DNA of 63,825 nucleotides, counting the filler, from Reclinomonas americana ATCC 50394 (Eukaryota): the NCBI GenBank assembly GCA_048213135.1. It is 8 parts of 3 records of this genome, joined end to end, with 100 filler letters (N's around TTAATTAATTAA, not from the genome) between each part and the next. Parts side by side here need not be neighbours in the genome. Positions count along the whole stretch, not along the records: positions 11,127 to 34,802 come from PS015273.1; positions 34,903 to 42,580 come from PS015274.1; 6 more parts are not named here. One strand, given 5' to 3'. Below the pieces are notes generated by a model that saw only the letters and a list, made by a program, of their open reading frames with translations, was not told where the DNA came from and did no database searches. Shown here in pieces: positions 23,225 through 35,290 of this stretch (position 1 is the first letter of the stretch; each line of letters starts with the position of its first letter). The position numbers and the translations under genes are program-made.

Positions 23225-23908
23225 AGGGGGTGGTGGTGGAAGGGGAGAGAGAAGGAAAGGGGGTGGACGGAGAGAAAGAGAGAGCGAAGGAAGGGGGGAG
23301 TTGGCTTGTTTAAGGAACGAGTGACGGGAGAGAGTGTACGCAGACATGCGCGTTATGTGTGTCTGCGTGCAGGGTGATTTTTGTGCGTTCGATTCAGCAG
23401 ACTCGAGTAAAATGGGATTTTGCAAGCTCGAGAATTCGTCGTCTCCAATCGTTCTACTTTTATTTGCTTGTTCACCTTTTGTGTTTCCCTCTTGCCTGTG
23501 CTCTGATCTGCCTTCGGTCTTTGACTGTAAGCAAAGCAAGTGAAAAGCCCCGTTTGTTGGTGACTGATCGCCTCGGAAGAAATATTCGTGACCACATGAA
23601 GAGGCCCACAGTTGTGTGCGGATCAGTGAAATTCGGTGAACAAGCAAATAAAAATAGAAGATTGGAGACGACGAATTTGAATGAGGTGGCTCCTGATCGC
23701 TCAGTGATAGTTACTGTTTAGTATACTGAGGTTTCTGGAAGAGAAGAACGGAGCAGTCACAACCGTAATCCGATTGCATCTGTCCGTTCTTCTCTTGTTT
23801 GTATTCACAAAGAGCGCTGCTGTTCCTCTGGAAGAAAACTCCAGAATCCTCAGTATGGCTAACAACAAATATCACTTTCTGTACACAATGACAAACAATG
23901 ATGCGATG

Positions 23909-26900
23909 TCATTCGTCGCCGTCATTATTGGCGACATCTCGAATTTCCAACCTCACTACCTCTGCACTACTCAGAAGCAAAGCGTTGATGACAGAGTCGC
24001 CGACAAGTTGCACGTGTGGTCCCAATGCCAGCTGCTCCTCAGCAGCTTGGTAAATTTCGACTCCCGAGCACTGTCTCGGCATCCCGGCTTCGTGTCTCAG
24101 CCGACGTCGGCAAAATACCACCACAGCCTTGACCGCAGACAGCATCACTGGACCCACCAACACCGCACCAACCAGAGAGAGTATCACGATACACGTGACA
24201 ACCTTGAAGCGCGCGGATGCCTGTGATGCGAACACGGTGGAGATGACAACCAGCGAGCCGAGACCAATGGCCTGTCAAGCACAATGAGTATGCATATATG
24301 TCCACACTCAACATGTGCGCGACTCACCTCCAGCACATTGTACAAGAGGTGTTCAAAGGCGCGAACAACGAGATGCACCATGAGGAAGGCGACACACACT
24401 ACCCACAGCGCCAATGGGAGAATCTCAATCGATCCCGTGGCAGCGAGCGGGAAGAGCACGGCAAGGACGATCAGACGTCGACACACTTGATATCCTGGTG
24501 TACAGGAAGCGTGAGTGCAAAAGTCACGCTCGGTGCGGTGTTGATCATCATCAGCGTGATGATGCAGGTGGAGCAGCGTAATATCCCTTACAGTGTGGGG
24601 TTTCTCTCAGTTTGTAATTCGCGTACGAGACTCATGTCGGCGATATATTGTGCGTACCCAGCAAAGACGTTACCTTATCTTCAATGTGATAGATATATAG
24701 CACAGACCACCCTTCCCTTCGCGCCACTCACCTTGATACCACACCACCGGAGGCCGGAAGTGATCATACAACACACCGAATCGACGCCGAGTCTGCCGCA
24801 CAGGCGTGACACCACGACATCTCACGCTGGTTACACATGCAATCACACAAACCTTCTCGTCATGCAGTCTCTTTTGCCGCCGCAAGCGCACGGTCCACCA
24901 CACCACAAGTACTGGCACGCTCAGAATGGCTGCAAATAGCACAGCGAAGAGCGGAATTATTCGCTGCCATCTGTGCACACACACACACTTGCTGATCAGC
25001 ATGGAAAGTGAAAGTCAAGCAGCTGCAAATAAAACGCAACACTCCCTCGTAGCACACAATGCTGGGCGAAAAGAGTACTACATGACTGTTGCCGACCTCT
25101 GTGCAGGTGAAAAAAGTGATGGCCGTCTCTGCTAGGCCCTCGTACGCTCCTAGCAGCAGTACAACTGTCGTCAGAATGTAGCGGTGCGGTGATGCAACGA
25201 GCTTGAACCACACGACAAATCGTTGCCACCGTCCGCCCGTCGAGCTGCTGTGATGCAGCCGTCCACGATGGATGCAGCGCACCAATGCTTTTGCAAGCAG
25301 ACAATGTAGAACAAAGCAGGCCCACAAGATCGCCAGCGACACAAATGGCGATACGACGCGAGCCAGCATGTCACCGACAGCGTCTGTGTTGAACGGGCAG
25401 CCGACATCCAGAATGTGCGGCACGACAAAGGTGAGAAGCCGGTTGAGAGAGATGAGTTCCACGTTGGGGTAGAAGAGCAGTGTGGTGGTCTGGAGCGTGA
25501 AGATGATGATTTCGGCAGATGCTGCAAGCAGGGACGAATGCAAGTCACTCTTTGTGACGATCGACCCTGAACAAGGTGTTCATACCTCCTCCAACGTCAA
25601 CCTGGAAAAACACATGGACGAAGAGCACAAAGGCAAGCATCTTTGCAAACGTCCACAAGCGCGCCCAGCCGGACGTGGTCTCGCACGGAATGCACACTCC
25701 CTGCCACTGAGAGTAGCCCTCCTGCATATTCCTGTGAGAATACCATCGTCCTCTCGCGGCACTGACATGTGACTCACCTTGCACGCTCCACACAGAGGTG
25801 AGTCTGACGCGCGATTCGTCTCCGCATTGCAGTATTCGGCGTCAACGGCAACCAAAGTTTGGCTTGTGCCATCACCGCGTTCACAGTAATCATAGGGACA
25901 GAGGTATGCCACCACAGCAGACGGTGGCGACACCAGCGTGCCTGTCCACCCTTTCGACAAGACACCCTCAATCTGCCAATTAGCATCGACGGGGAATGTC
26001 CAGAACTGCGACCGCATTGCCAGCTGCAGTCCGCCGAGGCAGTCGGCATTGGCTGGACACGGTACACACGTCTGGTTGAATGCGCTCGTCGGCAGCGCAT
26101 ACTCGCCAGGGGGACATTGCTGGCAACCAATGTCCGTGTAGCTGTAACCCGCAGGGCAGGCTGCCAGTGGCAATGAGAGCTCAGGCTGTGGACCGACAAA
26201 GCCACCACCAGAGCCAGTGGTGATGCTGATGCTCACAGAGTCACTGCTGTCGCGCAGATGCGGACGAGCGCTTTGGGTCGGATTCGCCCCTCGCTCGACA
26301 ATCGTCAACTGGAATGTCGCTGTTCCAGCAACAGTCGACTCGGACAGAGAGCTTGTCTGCACAAGTGGACGGGGGTCGTTAGCGTGGAACAATCTTTAAT
26401 GAAGAGATGAGCAAGCACGACAAACCGCTGGGCTGCAACCAGTAGAGCAAGTGACATGGAACTGGGTATTGTCCAGTGTGGACATGAACTGACCAAAGAC
26501 ATCCGTAGCGTTCACCTGAACGACTCGCGGCTGCTGCGGAGATGGATATGGCACGCCACTGGTCGAGTCCATCATCACAGAGTACAGCGCTGCAGCGGAG
26601 CGTGAGCCTTCAAAATACAAGTTAACAAATTTGTGCTCATCACGCTCAACGCAACTGCTGCCGACATCATTCGCCAGCGAGTTACTGGCCAGGTTATCAG
26701 TGACGCTTAATTGCCGCTGCAGCATCCACGAAGACCATCCGCCAGCAGCAGCGAACGACTGCGATACAGCAGCCAGCGTGGACGGCTTGCCACCACCGTT
26801 CCAAAACACGCCGCCACCGGCTCCTTCGCCGACCAGTCGCGGTTGACCCAGAGGCGCCACCGCTTGATTGCTAAACACTGATACACCATACAGGAGCACA

Positions 26901-29900
26901 CCGACAGAGCCCACTGTCGACTGTGTGATGTTGACGGCCAGGCCACCACCGCGTGCTCCACTCCAGTTGTTAGCAAACGTCGTTGAGATAAACGAAGTCA
27001 CCGTCGTGTCAACTACCGATGCTCCACCACCATCACCTCTCTCGGCCGTGTTGCTGACAAAGCGAGCATCTGAGCAGTTAAGCATGGAAGAGCCACCGGC
27101 AAAGAGTCCGCCACCAACTTTTGTCGCCGTGTTGTTCATCAGCAGCGAGCCCGTGATATTCACTTGTGGATTGTTGTCTGTGTACACACCACCTCCGCTC
27201 TCAGCTTGGTTTCCCTCCACTGTCACTGCCGTCATTGCCACTCGCGCAGTCTCCGCTGCCGATACGCCACCACCGCCGCCACCAGCGACACGATTGGCGA
27301 GCATTCTCGACCCCCGCAGCGTGGTGCTTGAGCTGCCAGCAGCATACAATGCACCGCCCCACAACTGTGCCAGGCCAGCACTCAGCGTGCTGCCCGTATC
27401 TGTCCACATTCCCAGTCCCTGTGCAGTCACATGTCCACCAGATGTGGCTGCTGTGTTGCTCAGGAACTGGGTGGTGGACGACGTGACATTGGCTGTTTGG
27501 GACACGTACATGCCACCTCCGGCCAAGGTGGCATTGTTGGTTGACATAATGCAGTTGGCGAGGCTGATCTGCGACACGCCATCGGCATACACGCCACCAC
27601 CATCTGCAGTCGCCTGATTGCCGCTGATTGTAGTGCCAGTCAACGTGTGCTTGCTGTTCTGGTCAGTGAACATGCCACTGCCAAAGGGAGCAGAATTGCC
27701 AACAATGAAGGCATTCGACCAGGAAGACGAGGACTGCAGGTCGGCAAACATTCCACCACCGAAATGGAGTGCCTTGTTGTTCTGCACACTCGTGCCACTC
27801 GACACGGCAAGCGTGGCGGTGGCAGTGAGAAATAAACCACCACCGCTCTGCACAGCTTGATTGCTGTCCACAACAGATTGTGATTGAATCTGCAAAAACA
27901 CCTGCTCGGCTCGCACTGCAAGACCGCCACCATTCAGCGCCGTGTTGCCGGAGATACTGGTATTGCTGATCGTGGCTGTGGTGGCCACCTCGTTGAATAC
28001 CACTCCACCACCGTATCCGCTAGGCGCTGAGTTCGACGAGACGAAAGAGTCCGTAATCTTGCAGCCCTGACCACTCATCGCCACGCCGCCACCACCCGTT
28101 GCCAGCGCAGTGTTCCCCGAGACATGAGATGCGGCAAGGAGAGACTGCGCTCCCACTAGCACACCGCCACCAGTAACGAGCTCGCCAGACACGGAGTTGC
28201 CCGAGATGACACATCCAGTTGCTGAGCTTGATGCGTCGAGTAGTAGAGCGCCACCTCCATGGGAGCGACCGGCAATGACGAGTGGAACAGATGATTGCAT
28301 GGAATTGCCAGCCAAAGTTGACGAGGAAACGACAGCACCACCGATGGCGAGCACCGCGCCGCCACCGCAGAATCCACCAGAAGGATATAGCGCATTGCCA
28401 GCACCAGCATCCTCCACGCGGTTGTTGACAAACTGAGAAGCACTGACGGTGGCAGCAGAGTTCACCAGCATCAGTGCACCACCACCATTGTGGTTGCTGC
28501 CTTGCCCATTGAGCGTGTTGCTGAGGCCGCCCGAACCGTCACGGAGAGACTGGTTGCCGATGAATGTGCAATTGGCAACGCTGAATGTGCCCTACGAACG
28601 AAGAAACAAATGGCGAGTGAGTGGGCTTCGATCCCGACAATATGGGCAAAAGAAACGGTGCAACCGCTGTTGTCGACGGTGCAACCAGTAACGCCGCTCC
28701 ACCGCCATTGAATCCGCCAAACGAGGAACCAATCGTGCTGTTGAAACCGCCCGCACCATTGTGCCACGACGTGTTGTTGAGAAACAGTGACTGGCTGAGA
28801 ATCTGCAACGCAAAAGTGAGCGGCTTCGCGCTCGGACAGCAGTTGCTATCTATTATTTTGCAGTGAGAGAACGAACAAACACAGACGCAGAGTTGGCCGC
28901 GGAACAGACGAGCAAGGCACCACCACCGGCAAAGGCTGACGAGCTGCTGCCGGAAGATGCGTTCCCGCTGCCTCCGTTACCTGAGGAGACAATGAGCTAG
29001 GGAGCTATTGACAGAGAATGTAAGCGTGCAAGAAGTAACCATTAACACCAGCAGTATTGTTGAAGAAGGTGGAGGCGGATATCTGTTCGCCAGCAGCGCG
29101 AGCGTAAGATCTTAAGATACTGGCGAGGCTGCCCGACTGGGTGACGAGGTCAATCAGACCTCAAGAACGCCACGCACAGCCGCCAGAATGGCACCCCCAC
29201 CACTGGCTGAACCGGAAGCGTCACCATGATTTGCATTGGACCCGCCCGCGGAATTCATCGAGGCAGAATTGGAATGGAACGCACAGCGCCGAACGGTTAC
29301 CTGCTCAAGTGCGACAGTTATGTGAGATGGGTAGACATACCGATGACAGAAGCAAGTGCACCTTACTCGTATTGCTTCCCAAAAACAATAGCAGCACACC
29401 ACCACCGTTGTGAGAGCTTGATACATTATTCGTACCCTGACTCGATCCGCCGTTTCCATTTATACTGGCCTCGCTTGCCACAAAGAAACAGTCCTGTATA
29501 ACCTTCTTGTGGAATCTTGTGAGCATCGCGCGAGAATAAAAACCACCGCATACAAACCAGTTTTGTGTCGATTCTCGATGCCGCCGCAACCAACAACATC
29601 GCTCCACCTCCATTAAATGAACCGGAAGCACTGGCCGATCCTATGTCCACAAGCGCCAGAGCAAGCAAGCTAATTTAAGCCCCAGCATGTGATCTCACTG
29701 TTTTCTAGTACATTGCAGACTGTGCAACACGTAGGTGTGTACCTGAGGTACTGGAGATGGAACCACCATTTCCATTGGCATTCGCAGTATTTGATGAAAA
29801 TGTACAGTTGCTGATGGTCTGCAACGACTGCGAATGTCTGTGTCAAGATCAATGTGAAGCGAGGATTGCGCTAGATATAGATATTAGAGTCTACAGCATT

Positions 29901-32900
29901 CTCTCACACCCTGAGTGCAAGCCACCAACCAGAGCGCAAACACACCTGGTTTGTCTTACCGACGCTGGTGAAGTTGATTAACATGACGCCACCACCGTTA
30001 GTGGTACTTCTGCTGTCCACACTGTCAGACCCTGTAAGCAACAGCAAACAAACTTAATCTTACGTAATTACACAAGTAAATCAACCAACAATGTGGATGA
30101 TCAAAACACTTAGTACGCACAACGCACGCAAGCAAGAGTAATCCACCTCCACTTACCGTTTCCATACACAACGGAACCTCCATTTCCGTTACTGTTTGCA
30201 GTATTTGAGGTGAATATGCTGTTGCTGACGGTCTGCGACAATCGGTGTACATGTGAGAGTCTCAATTAGCAATACATCGTGAATTACACACGCTGAGTAT
30301 TGAAGTACAACCGCGTCAATCTCACTCTCTCACTCGTTGAAAATCAATCGAAATAGGACAAAACACACACCTGCACTGCAGAACCGAGGTTTAAGTCGAT
30401 AAGCATGACTCCACCACCGTTGGTGCTGCTGTTGCTATCCGAACTGTGATAGGCTGACTCTAGAAGAAGAACGCACCAATAAAACAGTAACACACGCATG
30501 AGCAATCAATGGCCAGTCACAAAGGGCCCAGCAAAAACAGGAATTAGTCATTCACACACCAACTGGACTTCAGATTCATAACTCACCTCCGCCATTCCCG
30601 TTGCTGTTAGCAGTATTTGATGCGAATGTGCAGTTCCTGATGATCTGCGACAGATACAATCGGCCGCAGATTATTTGAGATCTTGATCTCTATCAACTGC
30701 TACCAATAAACAGTCAAGATCTCACGTATGGCACACCTGAGTTATAGATGTATCAAGGACGAGGATCAGCATAACACCGCCACCATTGGCGACACCGTTG
30801 CTGCTCGTACTTTGATTCAACACCCCTGCACAAATGAACGTCAACTCAGCGGGCACTATGCAACTCTCGCATGTCACCCAATGAGCAACACAAGGTTGGC
30901 ACCGCTACTCACCGGTACCGCCATTTCCATTGCTGTTCGCGGAATTGGATGTGAAATTACAGTTGCTTACTGTCTGTGAGACAACAATAATACTCCGCCG
31001 AGTTCGCTCAGACAAACAGCCATGCAGTCAGTCACAACGCACCTGGCTTGCAGGACTGCCAACGACGAAGATAAGCATGACGCCACCACCGTTCCCCGCA
31101 CTGCTGCTGCTCGCACTCCCACCGGTACCATTACTCCCTGCACATAGGCATCACATAATCCAAACAACCACACGTGCACTCAGCATGCCACGTTCCACAC
31201 CAGCAGCACACGCACACCAAGTGCGCTCAGACACTCACCGCCACTTCCGTTGCTGTTCGCAGTGTTCAATGCAAATTTGCAGTGGTTGACGGTCTGCGTC
31301 AACTGCGAGAGATTTCAGCGAATGACAACGCTCGCCTAACCACGCGATGCGCGTGACACAGGCATTGCAAATAACAGCCAGGTACCTGGCCCCCGACGAA
31401 CAGCATAACGCCTCCGCCATTCATGCTGCTGTCGCCATTTGCCCTCATGAAGGATATCCCTGCATGCAAACACACAACAACTGCGTCAACCATCTGTACA
31501 CTAGGCCGCGGAAATATTGGAGGCAATAATTACAGCCGATCATCTGCGGCTGAGATCGTCTAAACTCCGTTACTCACCGCCACTTCCGTTCTTGCTCGCA
31601 GTGTTTGATACGAAAGCGCAGTTGCTGATGCTCTGTGACAGGAAATTTAGTCTCAGAAAAAATTCACAATTGGTTTTGAGTTAACTCGTGCAAGCAAACA
31701 AGTAAACGACCAGGGAGAACACACGTGGACTGTGGAATTGCTTCCAACGGAGATCAGCATGACCCCGCCACCATTCAAGAAACCAAAGCTAGTCGCACTC
31801 CCGGGAGTTTCTATTCGTGAAGACCACATCAACGTCGACGATCACCACACAGACAAAAAAGTGCTTCACGTCTCACCACCGCCGTTCCCATTGCCGTTTG
31901 CGAAATTCGATATGAAAGTACAGTTGCTGATGGTCTGCGACACCAGCAGCAGGTCACAGCAAAAAGCAACACGTATTTGATATTTCAAACGCGCAAACTC
32001 AGAAGTAGACCGTCAAGTATAACGCACCTGATTTGCGTTATTGCTATCAACTGAAATCAGCATGACGCCACCGCCATGCAGGCCACCGTTCGCACTGGAA
32101 CTCTCGGAAGTCCCTGTACATGACACCACATAAAACGAATCAAAACCAAGGTCTCAACCACACATGCTTCTACCAACATCACCAGACTGACAGACGCAGA
32201 AACGGATAGTGCGTTCCGCAGCTCACCGAAACCACCATTACCATTTCCATTTGCAGTGTTCGATAGGAAGGTGCAGTTCATAATTGTCTGCAACAGCTGT
32301 GCGAGCAATCAGTTATCGAGTTATCAGAGTGAGGCGGAAGTTTGCTGTTACTGCCCACGTGCCTGACTTGTACTGGCGAACATTAAGACACCACCACCGG
32401 CAATCGACGCGTTCGAATCGGAAGCTACGATATTTCCATCGCCTCCACTTGAATTCTGATCTGCGTCGTTGAACATGAACGTTGAACCGTTGATCTGTCG
32501 ATGCCAATCATGAAATTCAGCAGCACATGACGTATCTTGAAATAACACGATCACTCACAGCCTGTGTGGTTGGACCAGTTCCAGCGAAGTGCGACCAGAT
32601 GACTCCACCACCGACTTGCACACCGATAGCGTTTCCTGATATCATATTGTCGTCTCCGCCGATTGCATCTCTCGACGCTGAGTTGTTGAGAAACAAACTG
32701 TAACTGACCTGTTCACACTTCATGTGATTCGACCACTCAGCGACATTAACAAGCACCATCTTGCACCACTTACTTCAAGGGTCGACGCTCCAGACGCCCA
32801 CACAACACCTCCACCGCAGTCACTCCCAGAACCTCCTTCGCCTGGGAGGGAGCTGCCTCCCTTGCAGCTGCCAGTGGCACTGTTTCCAGTGGCGGATACA

Positions 32901-34496
32901 CTCTACATAATTGTTGTCGTGAGAACATGATTCGAATCACGGCAGGTCAACACAAACCCTCATGATCACAGAAGTCGACGAGGAAACCGAGGCAAACGAA
33001 GCCCAAACAGCTCCACCACCGACTCCTTGACCGCCACTGGCGTGTGTGACGGAACATTCCGGACCGGCTGCTGAGCATTGTACTCCACTGGCACTATTAA
33101 CCACCGAATTGCCACTGAGCGATGTGCCGAGGAACTGGACATGCAGAGCATTGCTGACAAAAAGTCCACCGCCGCCCACATTCGTGAAACCGTTTGCAGA
33201 TTTCTCATCACCGTTTCCACATTGGAGTACGGTGTTGTTGGTCCACGCACCACTCACATCCGTCACCGTCGCCGAGATTGGATCCGCCACATACATGGCG
33301 CCGCCGCCAGTGTTGCCCTTGGTGAGATTCATCGCCGTGCTGTTGACGAAATGGGTACCGACCATGTTTACGGTAACGCCACCCGTTCCCGACACGAACA
33401 CCGCGCCGCCACCCGCAAAGCCCGACGATGTCGCTGTACTGCCTGAACCGACAACCGAGTTACTGGAGAACACACTGTCTTGCAAAAAGACAGTGGCATC
33501 AGCGGCGAGATTGACAAGTGACATAGCGGCTCCAGAGGCATCGTCGCCGACTTTGGTGCATCCATGCCAAGTGGAGCCCGTGATCCGAGCGACCGAGAAG
33601 CGACCGGATGCGACCACGGCAGAGGACAGTGTACCACGTGCAGATGCACGGTGGTTTACAAACTGAGAGTCGGAGATGGAGAGCGATGCGGAGGAAGTTG
33701 CGGGCAGGGCTGTTGCATCCAGCTGGAGCGCGCCTGCCGTAGCGCCAGTGAACGAGCAATTGGAGACGACGACCTGCGGAGATAGTGTGGTGGCCAGAGC
33801 GCTCCAAGAGACCGCCGGCTGACCGCCAGTCACGGTGAGGCCAATCATCTCGAAACGTGATGAATCTTGTACGACAACGGATGAAGACGCTTGCAAGATG
33901 GGCAGTGCCGATGATGATGAAGCCTGGAGGGTGATGTTGCGACCTGTGGAAACGAGAGTGAGCGAGCTTGGAAACGAATCGTGCGCAGCGGCTGCGCTCA
34001 CCACTTAGAGCGAGGGGTGCTGACAATAAAAAATTGTCGCCTGAGAACAGAACCTGCAAGGCCCACTCCGGTGACGTAGCCGCGTATCCACGCTGCTCAC
34101 ATGATGCCATGATCTGACTCAGAGCGCAGGGCGAAGCGGAATAACCACAGGGCGTGGATGAGGAGCCTGCGGCGGCGACATTCACTGGAGGATGCGGACA
34201 TGAGATATGATAACTTCATTGCCAAGAACACAAGAAGCACGCATGCTCATACGCTCACCTGTACAGAGAGGCGACGGAGGTGCGGATGCGAAAAAAGTTG
34301 CACGATCAGACGCAAGCGGAGTTGAGCGGCGGACAATAGTGTGGGGGACGGCGGGTTCGAAAGCACACGATGTGGACATGACTTGCTCTCCACTGTCGCT
34401 CGCAGCACACATGTGGAACAGAGCACTGATTAGAAGCAGCACTGTTGCCATCACTCCCACCGAGCATGCTGCAATCACACGACGTGTGTATCGCAT
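23909..34496 (-). CDS. Large receptor-like protein: signal peptide, PMP-type GGA/FxxN right-handed beta-helix, Cys-rich (GCC2/GCC3-like) segment and C-terminal multi-pass (about 7 TM) domain
   Basis: More than 30 exons. It has many FxxN...GGG[AV] repeats, CPAGYS...C.QCPPGEY...CVPCPANADCLGG and PLCGACKEGYS, then hydrophobic helices with FGVLYDHF...WY and CRRLIVL motifs. The stop is at 23909. Confidence 0.85.
29558..32287 (-). repeat. Tandem array of eight duplicated two-exon modules, each encoding one beta-helix rung
   Basis: A exons (phase 0 to 1): 32287-32227, 31934-31877, 31632-31578, 31293-31239, 30973-30913, 30644-30587, 30232-30178, 29818-29764. B exons (phase 1 to 0): 32113-32028, 31810-31725, 31459-31386, 31137-31043, 30825-30737, 30459-30371, 30031-29946, 29640-29558. 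Confidence 0.85.
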
Positions 34497-35290
34497 TTGA
34501 TATCGCGATCGAATCTGGATCGACGGCGTTTCGAATTCGCTGGCCAATGGCTTGTTCATCTGCGCCGCACACGGAGTCTGCACGCACGCCAACAGATGTG
34601 TGAGATGACATAAAATTTGCGAGAAGTGTGAACGCCGCACAGTGTCTTTTCGCGCTCCTGATCCAGCGAACGACGAACGGTGGGGAGGACGATCGAATTT
34701 TCTGACAAACTTCACATGTACACGAGGCGATTGCCTGACCTCGTCGATCCATGCGTCGTATAACAGACTTAGTCGACGGTGCACATTGCTGCACATATCC
34801 AANNNNNNNNNNNNNNNNNNNNNNNNNNNNNNNNNNNNNNNNNNNNTTAATTAATTAANNNNNNNNNNNNNNNNNNNNNNNNNNNNNNNNNNNNNNNNNN
34901 NNCCCCCCCCCCCCCCCTTCCTCGAAGCTCCAGAAAACTGGAGACAACGCCTTTGCCTGCAAGAAAATCGAGCGTAGAAACAGTAAAGAGGTGGAGGTCA
35001 GTAGCGAAGGACTCTGCCAGTCCATGAAACGTACACCACTCAAGGCGCAAATGAGAGAGAAAAAGAGACAAATAAGTGGAACGACACAGGTCAATCGCGA
35101 AGCACGAGTGAAGGCAGTCGCCTACTTTCATGTACCACATCCGCCTCCACTTCCTCTCCGACCACCATCTCTACAGAGCCGACGCAACAATTGGTCCAAC
35201 CGATTCCCCCGCCTTGGCCAACTGCATTCAACAATCAACCACATTCATGCCCTCACTCGCCGCCACACAATTTACGCACCATCAATCCCC

